Positions 21,627 to 34,730 of a stretch of 64,000 nucleotides of DNA are shown here, piece after piece (position 1 is the stretch's first letter; every line of letters starts with the position of its first letter). Made by a program: the position numbers and the translations under genes. Origin of the DNA: Raja brachyura (Eukaryota); contig OY740810.1 of NCBI GenBank assembly GCA_963514005.1, forward strand, positions 12,834,001 through 12,898,000, read 5' to 3'. Below the pieces are notes generated by a model. That model worked only from the letters and a program-made list of their open reading frames with translations. It was not told the origin of the DNA and made no database searches.

Positions 21627-24600
21627 CTGAAAAGAGAATATTTATTACCTTTTCACACATTGCTCAACTATTTATTGCAGAATGTTATTGACAAAAAAAA
21701 TCATAATAGTAACCACTTATATATAGGGAGAGAAGTATTTTAAATTAAAACATGAAACGGCTGTGAAATCCATCTTAAATATCTAATAAAGATACACGGT
21801 ATTATTATATTCAAACTGGAGTTGAGGTGCTACAATACAAATGTTTAAAACAGCAGCTGATAAGATTGACAGGCATAAAACTAGGCAGGAAATTCAGGCA
21901 AAACTATGCTTAGGTTGACTTCAATAAAATAGAACAATATGCATATTGAGAATCTCAAAAACATGATGTAGCAATACCGTACTACATGAATCAACTGAAG
22001 AACAGTGACCTGCATTTATATAGCATCTTTAACATAATAAAATATCTCAAGGTACTTCACAAAAGGACTAGTAACCAAAATTTGATACAGAATCTTACAC
22101 AGAAGTAATGTGCTGAATTGTGCTGACTGATATTTCCAAAGGAAAGGAAACTGCTGATTATCCATCATTTTGAATTTCTGCGCATGTGTTAGTCATATGC
22201 AGAACTCTGGTGTGTGCTGAAAGTCATGGGCCAGCACATCAGACTGTCTACTATTTGGCTGCAATCAGCATTTTGCCCCTGTGCAAAATAAAAGTGCAGA
22301 TAAAGGCTTTATTTATTCATTTTGATTTCAATGTTTTAATTACGTATTGATGTTTTAATTACATTTTGATCATTATAATTCTTTTAAAAACTATTAATAA
22401 TTAAAATGTCTCTATTAGTTGTGATTAAAAATAATTAAAAGCCTTTGCCGGCTGGTGAACTGCATGGGGTCTGAACATGGTGTCTGAGATATAATCACTG
22501 CTTCAAGCCTGCTGCCTCACTGGACGTTTAATGGGTGCAGGGGCTCGCAATCAGTATATGAACAGGCATATGGGTCCGCAGGCAGACGGTCCAGTCAGGC
22601 CTGGTCTAGCCTGATCTGACACATTAGAGCAGGTGAGGAAAAGCTTCAGCAAAATTGCATTTGAAAAGATGGTGCAAAGTACAGAGGTGAAGAAACAGGA
22701 AAGGAATTAATGGGTAGCCATCTTGAGAGCATGAATTCACAGCTGTCCATAATGGAACAATTTAAAATCGGAGCTGTGCTAGAAATCAGGAGAGGCATAA
22801 ATGTCTCAGGGAGGAGACTGGAGAAACTAGCAGAGGTTTGAAAAGACAAAGAACACAAATTTTAAAATCATAGCAGTCCTTAACCAGGAATGAGTGTAAG
22901 TTCGGAAGATAAGAATGATGGATAAACACAATTTGAATGAACAATTGCCCAAATTATCCTCATTTAACACACAAGACCAATTAGATGCAAATTTTAGACA
23001 GAGTGGCTCATCTCTGCCTGATGACAGAAATGTAATGGCACTGTTGTTTAGATTCCATGCCAATCTAAACCAATTTATCCTCTGTTCTGTCAGAGAATCT
23101 TCATTTACATCACAAATATATTTTTGGCTTGCCGACTTAAATAATTGAGAACTGAGAAGAGACTCTGTGCTTTAAAATGTTAATGAACATATAATTGTAC
23201 CTGCTATATATTCTGTGATCTGACAAGGAAACTTTATCATGTTGTGAATTTAGTGGTAACTGGTAATTTGTGTAAACATTGGAAACAAAATAAATGTTTT
23301 GTGGGAGAAATGTGTTGCTGGGTACTCACACAAGCATATCTATTTTCACCACATAATTGTAGAAGGCATTTGTATTTTTTTGGAATAAATCTGTATTAAA
23401 TGCTCTGTGTGCTCAGGATGGTCGTGACTATCTTCCACACTGTTTATTTCATCTCCAGGATTTCGCTTGTCAGGAAAAGTAGACAATGGAGATAACACCT
23501 AAATTACTGGCTGTTATTATTCTACAGTAAAACACGAAGTGCAGGATTAACTCAGCAGGTCAAGCAATATCTGTGGAGGGAATGGATAGAAGACATTTTG
23601 GTTTGAGACATTTCGGGTTCAGATTCAGACCGATTTGGATCTGGACCCTAAATGTCACCTGTTCATTCCCTCCATGTATGCTGCCTGACCCGCTACGTTT
23701 CTCCAGCACTTTTGCTGAAATGTTATGGTGCCTCGGTTTAACACTACAAATAAACAAAGGGAAGTACAAACAAGGAACTATAGTTGACAGACGTCTGGGT
23801 GAGAACATCGGTAGCAAACCTGGGTCTGAGGAAGGGTCCCAGCCCAAAATGTCACCTATCTAGGGATGCTCCAGAGATGCTGCCTGACCTGCTGAGTTAC
23901 TCCAGCACTTTGTGTTCTAAACATAGGGAAGTTATTGATCATAAGATCCAAGTTATACCAATTCAGAAGTACATGAACTGCAATGATACTAATGGCAGCA
24001 GGTGTATGGGAAGACGTTCCCTTTGTTCCCGATGCTCCCTTTCCTTTTTTGCTATATGATCATCACTGGGTCTAGATCGTAGAACTCCTTATCCAACAGA
24101 ACAGTGAATGTCCCTTCACCAGAAGGACTGCAGTGGTTCAAGTCAGTGGCTTGACCCTCTCTACATGGCAGAGGGATGAGCAATAAATGCTGACCTTCCT
24201 AGTGCTGCCCAGATCCCAGAAAACAATTTAAAAGTTCAGATTATCTCAATTAGAAATTAGATGGAATACCTAACATTTTATTTCTTTCATTCTGCAACAT
24301 CTATCTATCTGTGTTTAATTGTGCATGTGTGTTCTATAGATAATGACAGATTGCATCCATTTTAATGAAAAGGTCTGCTTTCTCACAGTAATTATTCATT
24401 ACAAATTGCAGACCATAGTTTCAGTAGGACAAAATTATGTTCGGTATGTGGTTCAGCCCTCTGGACTAATCTCAATCAAAATTAACATGTCTAGAAACAT
24501 TCTATCACCCGGGTCTGACAACTAGTCTCAAGGAAGATTATGCTTAAGGCTAATTTTGCAATATCCTTTCATTCAGTCCATGAATATTAATAAAGATAAT

Positions 24601-25903
24601 AGAATGCTGTAACATTTTCTGAAGTTAGCTGTTCTTAGAGAAAATTAGTTTAAAATAATACATCTCTTCTTTGCGCTTAGCCACTACTTACGATCCTTCA
24701 GATGATGCTATTTTAGATGCATTTCTATTGTGTTGAACAGGAGCTGGCAAAGCAGCTCAACATTCTTTTGGTTTAAGTGTCACATAGAACTCAATTTATC
24801 TTACATTCTGGATCAGAAATGTTAGTATTTTCCTAATTTATTTAAAGTCAAAAGAAGCGCTGCTAAAGATCCCATGCACACCAGAATACAACATTTAATG
24901 TACAAAAATAAAATTATTTTGCATTGTGACCAAATATCAAAACTATTGCTTGTAAGAGGACATTTTCTTCCTAAGCATTTATATTTGGTTTAGTTTAGAG
25001 ATGCAGCATGAAAACAGGCCCTTTGGCCCACTGAATCCAAGCTGATACATCAAAAATACGCTGATACAACAAAAAACACACTTTAACAAAAAGTTATCAA
25101 ACCATGGTTGAAAATATCCAAGGAAAATCTGATTTCACATTTGCAATTTGTACCCAAATTGGGCTGTACACACGCGTTGTACTCCAACGCAATTTTTTTC
25201 CCGAATTCTTTTGTCAAATTTGCTTGCTTGAAGTAACTTCTTACAAAATTCAAAATTACTCGGTGTTTGTGAGCATCAGTTGTAAAAGGATCCTTTAATC
25301 ATAAATAGCCTGCATATGTTCCCTGCCTATCACCTAATCTTGCACTTCCTCAATGATCAAAGCAAATAAGAGGTAAACGGTTGTATTCCGACTATACTTA
25401 GAAAACAATTTTAGATTAAGATTGCAGTATTTTTCATTGTTGCCAGCTCTTATTGCAAATAATGAATGAAACATAATTGCAGATACATTTCAGACAGGGC
25501 ATCTCTTGCAGAAAAAGAATCAGCCAGCAGTTTAAAACACATATACCGCAGCTATTAATTAAATAGTGGTAGCAAATGATACACAAAATACCATTTCAAC
25601 AAATACAAGCAGTTAGCTTTTACAAAGATAGACATTTCCTTGATGTACACATCCAGAATTGAGCTGTAAACATACAACAGACTTTTGACAGATTTAAAAA
25701 AAAATCCAAAAGAGCAAACATTTAAGTGACAAAACAAGGGGAAATTTCAGGTATGGGAACCCAGCAGAGGTTGTTATTATTAACCAGAGTCAGCCATGTG
25801 CACCAGCTTGTGGCAGCATACACTAACGAGCGCAGCCACACACATTACTGACTAATTCTATGAAACGTACAGCAGACAGACAGACACATAGTGCTGTACT
25901 TAC

Positions 25904-25909
25904 AATCAT
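25904..25909 (-). CDS. unc13a: unc13a 6-nt microexon ATGATT (Met-Ile)
   Basis: Sense strand reads ttgttctgctctctgataatggcag|ATGATT|gtaagtac, phase 0 to 0. It supplies the MI that follows LTDQT in mammalian Munc13-1 as recalled. Confidence 0.85.
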
Positions 25910-26742
25910 CTGCCATTATCAGAGAGCAGAACAATTAAAGAAAATGATAATCAGACCAATGTACTAAAATTACTTTTCTAGTTTTATGCAACTTTTCAAA
26001 TTAGTTGATTTTATAAACTTTTTAAAAAAGTTATTAGATTCTGTGGCGCTTTGGTAAATTGCCAAAATTTAATTATTAATTTAAAAAAATCAATAAAGGC
26101 ACTGTCAATAAAGATCAGAGATGTAAATATTTGAATTACTTAAAATATATTCTTTCACATGGATCTTGATTACGCTGCTTTAAAATACATTTACATGGTA
26201 AAGAATGTAAAATTCATCTGTGCACATAATGCTTTTGTAACAACATTTTATATTTTAAGATCCTGAAAGAATTAAGCAATTACAACAATGATTCACATAA
26301 CGCTTTTTTTCTATCAGTTTTCAAAGCTAGCAAGATATCTAGAGCAAATTAATTTTATTATTTTTCTCCAGCTCAGGCCTTAAGGAACTTATATAATGTA
26401 AGGAACAGTCAGTTTTTTGTTTTTTTTCCCATCATAATTGTGGCATTACTAAGTAAGAATAGTGTTTGGAAGAGTATTTTAATTTTACATTTATCAATTC
26501 TTTAACTGAGATAATGCATTAAGAACTATCAAGTTGGCAACACAATCCATGTGGAAGATTTTTCTCCTATGATGCATCTAAATCATGATGTAATAAAAAG
26601 TATTAACAATACATTTGACATGAACACTTGCACAGTCATTGCAGATCAATCCTGCAATTGACTAAATTGGCCCCTGCATGAATTTGTTGCGATATCCCAC
26701 TAAATCAGAAACAATGATTGAAATGTAGAAATTGCTGCTTAC

Positions 26743-26866
26743 CGTTTGATCGGTTAAAGGTGGCAGGACAATAGTTTTCTCCATTGTGTTCATTACAATC
26801 TTCCACAATTCTTTCAGAACACGCTTCAACACTGTTTTCTCGCAGATCTTTGCGAACAGGGTCAAA
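26743..26866 (-). CDS. unc13a: unc13a exon ([41 protein letters not shown]), 124 nt
   Basis: ccag acceptor, GTAAGC donor; within ORF 26662..26892. Confidence 0.96.
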
Positions 26867-28039
26867 CTGGAAGAGGAAGCATGTGTGTGCACCAGTATTC
26901 AAACTAACACCGAGTCAATGACTTATTTTTACGTAGCACCTTCAACTCACCCACAGTATAGGTAGTCTGCTATTATGCATTAGCTGTGTTTCTAAGTAAC
27001 CTCGTGTTATAGAAAATGGCGTTTTAAAAATCATGTCAATCGTTGGAGGGGGGGGAGGGGGGGGCGCCTAGAAAGGGGTTAGAGCCTAGAGTTTCAGACT
27101 TGCCATAACAAGATTCGTTTTTTGATGCAGGATTCTCAAAAATGGTCTTTTCAATATCAATAAATTAATTTTTGTTATTGTAAGCTAAAAATACTAAAGG
27201 CTGAATGTTATATTGTTTAATAGAGAAATTGCCCCTGTCAATTCTGTGGCGATTTTAATGGGCAACCACGGTGAAACTAACAAACAGTGTTCTAAAGAGA
27301 TAATGGTGGGTAGTTACTGCGGGGAGGTTACAGGAAACGTTTTTCACCTCCTATACTGTTTAGGGGTGCAGAACTTCTAAAATGAAACTTGAAACCACCG
27401 GTCTGAGGCAGATGAAAGTGCAAAGATGTAGTGAAGCAATCAGAATCGTGCAAAGCCACACTTGGAGACGTACAAAGAACACAGAGAATTGGTGCGTAGA
27501 TAAAGTTAGACGGACAAAGACAGGAGAGACAATGGAAATATTTGAACACAAGAATTAGTTTTAAAATTTGAGAAAATGAAAGCCTGAGAGCTGCTGAATG
27601 AGAGAATGCATTCTGAAATAAATAATTTTGGATGAGATAATGAAGATTGCTCAAGAAACATTCACCCTATATTAGAATAATTGAATCTAGAGGTAATACT
27701 GTTATTTTTCAGCAAACAGTTGACTGAGCTGGGCAACATCTGGAAGGTAGATAAAGCTAGTCCCAGTGAAGGGATCAGAAAGCCTTTGAACAACAGTTTC
27801 TGCCACTAAAATATATAACTAATTGATGCTGTTTATGCCTTTCATTGCCATAAAGAAGTTAAGCAACACATTTATACACTGATTTTCTTGATTTCAGAAA
27901 AGCCCTTCATGAATGGCTTTTTTCCTGAAATATAATCACAGTTATAATCCAGGAAACAAGCCAGATCAGTAAAAACTTATTAAACAATGGAGCAGGCTTG
28001 AGAAATTGAGTGGCCAACTCAAGCTCATAATTCATATGC

Positions 28040-28312
28040 TTATAATAGCAATGTGATCATCTGGCTATTATGATTTTAGTTGAGGAATAAATATTGGATT
28101 AATTATTGAGGAGCATATCCATGATCCGTGCAAATAATGATCACCTCAGGGACAGATGCAACTTTGGTTTAACATCTCATCCAAAAATTAGCATCAGCAA
28201 TGCCACATTTCTTCAGAACTCTATTAGTGTCAACTTAAATTTTCTGCTCAAATCTTTTGAGTGGGAGTCCACAATCTTCTCAGTGGGAGGTGTCTACCGC
28301 TGAGACACAGCT
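28040..28312 (-). mobile_element. Decayed Deu-domain SINE (SacSINE1/AmnSINE-like)
   Basis: GGTTTAACATCTCATCC core, AGGAATAAATATTGG, tRNA-like end CTACCGCTGAGACACAGCT; recalled similarity only. Confidence 0.5.
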
Positions 28313-28713
28313 TAAACCTATCAGAGTATATGCATGATACATTGCTTATATTTAAATATAATTTAGAGACTTCCCTTTTGCACTATTTCATGCATTATTC
28401 TTCCTGTGACTATATTGTGAAAGTTTCAAAAGGATAAAATCAAAGTAGATTTCATGGTTTTTAATTTCATTTTAGGACAACTAACATGTGAAAGTAACCA
28501 CTTGGGTCCTTTGGATTTTAACTACATTTAGTTCATTCAGTTTTGAAATGCAGATGGTATGTGGTGTAATGCCTTTCTTCCCCAAGATCGCCATGGTAAT
28601 TTTAACCTTTGGTAACAGTAAATAAAAATGACAATGTCAATTTTGCTCGCTATGTCAATACATCACTAGATTTTTATTTCCATCATTGACATCAAGAAAG
28701 CAAAGATTGCTTT

Positions 28714-28962
28714 TGATTGATTGATTGGAAGATACAGAATGGAAACGGGCTCTTTGGCTCACATGCTTACCATTGATCACCCTTTCACATTCGTTCTACG
28801 TTATCCCACTTTCACATGTTACCCCAATCCCTACACCCTAGGGTCAATTTTACAGAGGACAATTAACTTACAAACCCACGTCTTTGGAATGTGGGAAGAA
28901 ACTTTAGCACCCAGAAGAAACCCACGCGGTAACAGAGAGAATGTGCAAACTCCACACAGATA
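28714..28962 (-). mobile_element. HE1/V-SINE-like copy, 5'-truncated, about 100 nt from an unc13a donor
   Basis: V-domain and tail motifs. Confidence 0.75.
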
Positions 28963-29061
28963 GCTTCTTTTACATGTTAGCTTTGAAGGAGGAGAGTGCA
29001 TTGCAGGTTCAGTGTGCATGATGAACTCAGCAAACATGCTAATTTAAAAATGTTGACTAAC

Positions 29062-29214
29062 TTGCTATCTAGTAAGTCCATGAGTGGCTGGAGAACATTG
29101 TCAGCATCCTGGGCCACACTGTTGCAAGTACTGGCAGGCACATTTCCAGTTCCTTTCACCTGGCTGAGAATATCTCCCATCTGCTTTACACATTCCTCAA
29201 TATGAGGCTGAAAA
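29062..29214 (-). CDS. unc13a: unc13a exon ([51 protein letters not shown]), 153 nt
   Basis: ttag acceptor, GTTAGT donor; within ORF 28977..29282. Confidence 0.95.
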
Positions 29215-30552
29215 CTAAATATAAGCAAGGATGTTAAATACAGCATTAAAAATAAATCATTCTTTAAGAAAAACAAAGGCATAAAATGTTACACATTTGA
29301 CCTTTTTGATATACTATTGCCTTTGTAACTGTTAAAGTAAAAGTTAAATACCAAGAAAATAATATGAAATAAATGACCAGAAGCTCTTATTGAAATATCA
29401 TTGATTGACTGAATGGACTAGTCTAAACTGAGTTACATCCCATCCACTACACACTCCTGCCCACACTTGCCTGACTAAAATGCAAAGACCAATCAGGCTG
29501 ACGTATCTAGCTTGGGAGGTGTGTAGGAAGGAACTGCAGATGGTAGTTTATACCTAAGACAGACACAACATTGGGGAGTAACTCGGCAGGACAGGCAGCA
29601 TCTGTAGAGAGAAGGAATGGGTGACGTTTCGAGTTGAGACCCTTCTTCAGACTTGGCTTGGGAAGTGTCCTGTTCCATGCAGTAAAACCTCAACAATGGT
29701 TTATCCAAACATCTTGTTCCTGGAACCACTGGTTGCTGGATCATCCTGACAGAAGGCAAAGCTGTGAATACAGCTTTTTCTGCTGTCAAAGCCTAGACTG
29801 TAATTTAAGTGTTTTAACATCTCACTGATATTCAGAGACATTTAAAACGCATTACAACGGTTGTAAATAATTTTAATCTTTTAAAATAAAATATAAAAAG
29901 TGCAATATGAACAAAAAGTACAATGAGATTAAGAAATAATTAGAAGTTGTTTAAAGCAAAGAAATAGTAAGTAAATATATTGCATTTTTCCTTCTTATGT
30001 TCATGCTTAGCATCTCCTATCAAGACAGATTTCGACAATGGGCTCAAGGTAAAGTCTACCATTGAGTGGAATTATTGGCACAGTGTGTTGCATCAGTTTG
30101 CACCCAAGTTTGTATGTGTTAAAGTCTGATGCTTACATGGCTGAAATGGCTTCCTTCAGATATGCTGCTTGACGCAATTCAGTATATCACCCATTATTTA
30201 CTATAATAAAATGAGTGTTTCCAAAACAGTGAATTTCCAAGACATTTCTCCAATGTGATTAGTATCAAAATTATCTCTGCATATTGCATTGTCACTCTTT
30301 ATTGCAATTATTCCAGGTTTTTAACAGTTAGGTTCTTCATGTTATAACACCAGACTAAAAATCAAATCAAATATACATTAGTGGGGTTGATATCAAACTT
30401 TGACTTTCAAATTACTGATTGCCTAAAACATCCAGTTTAGTTCAGATAGTTTAGAGATACAGCATGGAAATAGGCCCTTCAGCGCACCAAGTCCACGCCA
30501 ACCTGTTCACACTTGTCCTATATGATCCCACTTTCTCATCCATTCCCTGCAT

Positions 30553-31451
30553 GGGTGTTTCCGTAAATATAGCACTCAGTAGTGAAACTGAAAGTCTCCA
30601 AACTTCCAGGTTATTTTCCTGTTTTTTAATGTAATATTCCCATTGTTTCATGTTCTGTATTTTAAGTAGTATAGATCATGGTGTATAGCCAAAATAATGA
30701 GATGAAGCAAAAATAAATAAATCTGATTTTACGAAGATATCAGATATGTCCCTGTGTTTCCTTGCCTTTTTGTTTGTGACATTTTTCAAGCAGGATTTCA
30801 TTAAATCCTTATGCTAATTTATACCGGAAAGATTACATTAATTTTGCAATTAAATAACTATACAAGCCAAATTCTGATGCTTATGATTTATCATTTATCA
30901 CCCGATTAGATGGTTTTCTGATGTCCCAAGTTTTTGCAGCAGCCTCTTTGGTCACGTGTGAAATGTGTCGTGTATGAACAGTTTTTATATTTATTGTTTC
31001 TTTTTTTATTGTTTATATTTTGTGTTTCAGCTTTCCATTAAAATACTGAATAATGAATAATGAATAGAACTTAAAATCCTGAAATAAAAATCTAGTTTGC
31101 TCACCTATTTTAGCAATGTCTCATTCTGTAGTTCCTCCCATTGTCAATGCTATTCATAGCGCTATAACAGGTTTATTTTGCACTCGTCGCGATTTATTTT
31201 TAAAATTCAAACAATGCGATTATACTGACCCGGACATGAACTAGGGGCCATGTGGTGGGTTAGGTGCCGACATTTTGTAAGGAAGCTTCAAAATCAGTAA
31301 GTGTCCCATGTCTTGTATGTTTTATAAATTAAAAAAACTTTTTTTTTTCTCATATTTTGAAAATATTAAATTTTGGTCAATTTTGATCACAAATTAGTTC
31401 AAATTTGGCCACGCATGTCACAGATTGGTACCCTTATTTACAGAAACACCC
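30553..31451. mobile_element. Non-autonomous TIR DNA element, ISL2EU-like
   Basis: 17-bp TIR GGGTGTTTCCGTAAATA / TATTTACAGAAACACCC (16/17) with AT on both flanks; no ORF. Confidence 0.7.
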
Positions 31452-31545
31452 ATATCTTAAATATCTTAGCCTAAGTTTCTTTATATACCTGATCATGATT
31501 AATTGCACGTGTACCTTAAATCCTATAAGATTTTGATATCCCTAC

Positions 31546-31634
31546 CTTAATGCAAACACTCTGCTGAGATCATCCAGCACATTGTTGAGTTTTATCTGCA
31601 GCTCTTTTAAAATGTCACTGGCTTCTGAATTCAG
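31546..31634 (-). CDS. unc13a: unc13a exon ([30 protein letters not shown]), 89 nt
   Basis: acag acceptor, GTAGG donor; within ORF 31542..31724. Confidence 0.95.
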
Positions 31635-32582
31635 CTGTAAATACAGACATGCATTTACAGTACACATAACAATCATTCTGAAACACAGGCATGCATTCTG
31701 AAAACCATTAGCCATGCTGAACATAGTGATTCAGAGCACTGAACTAAAATAAAGAATGAAGTTGAATGTCAAAAGCAACTATCATAATGAGCTTAACCAC
31801 CTTTAGTATACTACTTTTGTAGTGTTTTACCTTCTTCATAAATGTACAAGCCTATCAGGACAATGCATCCATGCATGGACTTGTATCTGAAGCACTGTTC
31901 TGGAATGAGCAATGTGCATTATTTATAGCGATTACTGGTGTGAGACCAATTAGAAATCACATATCAATCCAAGGAAAATGACAATAGTACAGTAAAATTA
32001 AAACAAATTATACCATACTAATGGTATCAACACTAACAGTTGGCCTCCAGTTTAATCTAGGTCAGTTATATTTTGATAGTTGGGAACACTCCAGCTGAGT
32101 GCGTGTTCATGTTTTTGTAACATTAAAAATAATGTACATAGGAGACAATATTTTCTTTCTATGGACCAAATGTACCAAAAGGGACCCGAAGGACAACTTG
32201 TTCACATAGAGGCAGCACGTACGGTACTATTATAACATTTAAAAGACACTTGGCCAGGTAAGTGTATTGGAAAGATTTGGCGGAATATTGGCATGGGCCA
32301 GGCAATTGGGACTAGCTCAGTTAGAGAGCTTGGCCAGCATGGATAAATTGGGCCGAACCACCTGTTTAGACAATGAATGCTTAATTTATCGATCAATACC
32401 ACAGACGGTAGAATTTGCATGGTAACGCCATTATGACACTCGCAATCTTTGGATTTCTTTTGACACGTGAACTATTGTGGAACATTATAGGAGATTAAAG
32501 GTTGATAAGAAATGTAATTCTTTAAATTAGAAACCATAAAAGATTTAAAACTAAAAATAAATTAAGAATTTCATAATCTTAC

Positions 32583-32660
32583 ATCTTTTCCTCCCATTGC
32601 TTCAAACATCTTCTCCAGTTGCACTCGTAGCTGCTGAATGTTGTTCATCAGGATACATGG
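32583..32660 (-). CDS. unc13a: unc13a exon (PCILMNNIQQLRVQLEKMFEAMGGKD), 78 nt
   Basis: atag acceptor, GTAAG donor. Confidence 0.95.
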
Positions 32661-33427
32661 CTATAACATGTTATTGTATCAGTAATTATTTCCATGGTTA
32701 TAGGCTTTTAGCTTTACATAAAATGCTAAATATTTGCATACAAGTACAATCAATGTTGGCCTGCCCCGAACAAATAACAACAATGTCTAAAAAGTTCTAT
32801 TGAATGTGTAAAAGGATTATAAAATTCATGTGCATTTCTTAAGGATTGAGAAATAACTTAAAACATGAAATGGCAGAACACTAGCAAGGTGTTGGAGACT
32901 TTATTGGAATATTAGAGTCTACCTTACTGGTGTCCCCATGATAATTTTTAGGGGCATAAAGAGGTGGAACTATACCAAGATACCAATGATCGAATGATGG
33001 ATTTATAATCGTTCTACATTTTCCATTGCTGAGACAATACTTTTAAAGATAACATTTGTTGAAACGTCTACTATATTTATTTCCTGGCCCAAAGTGAGTC
33101 CCAAGAGAACTTTCAGCCAATTTTTGCTGTTGAATTTTGTAAACGTTCAAAGAAGAACAGAGGGATGACTTTTTGTCTTTAAAGGTCTGGTATTAAGATA
33201 CAACAGTGCCATTTTATTAAATATTAGTATCATTGGCACAATATTTTAATACTATAGTGGAAAATATTAAACCAAACATTCAAAGAGGAGAAACAGGTAA
33301 GAAATGGGAGAAATAATAAAAAGGAAATAATTTCTTCTCATAGATGCTCAGACAAGTGCAGTGTTTACCAATATTCCGACTTCAATACTATAGTGTTGAT
33401 AGGTTACAGAATATTAGAATAGATTAC

Positions 33428-33505
33428 CACTTTCTCCTTTGAACAATACGATGCGTAATCCTTCGCTATTATCTCAGAATACTGCAATAGCACATTGCTA
33501 ATTGT
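33428..33505 (-). CDS. unc13a: unc13a exon ([26 protein letters not shown]), 78 nt
   Basis: ttttcag acceptor, GTAATC donor. Confidence 0.93.
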
Positions 33506-33876
33506 CTGAAAAAGAAAATTATTTCAATTTTTATTTATATATATTATATTTATATATATTTTAACATTTGTTATCTTTGCAAAAAACCGATAAAAATACT
33601 TTAAAAAGGAGATAAATGTTGATATTGGAATACTGAACCAGAGTGCGATTTGGTTATCATATTCTTCAATTAATATCATGCCACCTAACATGTTTGGATG
33701 CACAGATATTTAAAAGGAATCATCAGTATTCGTACCAGGCATCTATCATTTCTAAGAGCAAAGAGAAGAGATGGGCATGGATGAAATTTAAAAGAATATT
33801 AATGCTTATTGCTGGGACATTAATTATATGGTGATCATTTCCATTAAGCCAGGCTTATTATTTAAGAAATAATTTT

Positions 33877-34187
33877 TAGTTTAATTTAAAGATACAGTAT
33901 GGAAACAGGCCCTTCGGACCACCGAGTCCACGCCAACCATTAACTGTACACTGGTTGTATGTTATCCCACATTCGCTAGGGTCAATTTACACTAGGGTCA
34001 ATTTACAGACGGCATTTACCCTATAAACCTGCATGCGTTGGAATGTGGAAGGAAACTGAAGCACCCAGAGAAAACCCACGCTGTCACAGGTTGAACAAAC
34101 AAGCTCTGCATAGGCAGCACCCATAGTCAGGATCAATCCCAAGTTGCTGGTGCTGTGAGGCAGCAGCTCTACCACTGCATCACTGTG
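33877..34187 (-). mobile_element. HE1/V-SINE-like copy
   Basis: Full head, V-domain and tail layout. Confidence 0.8.
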
Positions 34188-34562
34188 TCTTATTATTGTA
34201 GCTCCAGAAATTAAAGAGTCGAAGTGTCAGACACAAAGAACCTTTCTTACTCTTCTATACCCCAATCAGAAGCAGTTTGCATAATGGCACCAGTATAAAA
34301 TCCGGAGCTTGCATTAACAAGGTGACAAGCTTAAACTAAGATCCATGGGGTGAATCTTCTGAGAGACAAGCAGATGTATCATGCTCTCCAATTAGGCAGC
34401 AATGCTAGTAAAAAAAAAAAAATTCTGGCCAATAGATATCGATGATATACATAAATACTATTGTAGGAAGAATGTAAGTCCTTGTATTTGATAAGGAAAG
34501 CCTCGATAGCAGTGAGGCTGAAATTTGAATATAGCTTGATGTCTTTTCACCTAATTTGTTCA

Positions 34563-34730
<168 letters not shown>

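Noticed and set aside
24685-24745. Strong minus-strand GTAAGT donor as a candidate for the missing [13 protein letters not shown] exon
   Set aside because: Candidate acceptors give stops or an off-frame length, with no peptide similarity.
27046-27064. G-rich run (possible G-quadruplex)
   Set aside because: Lies inside an old repeat copy and looks like homopolymer expansion.
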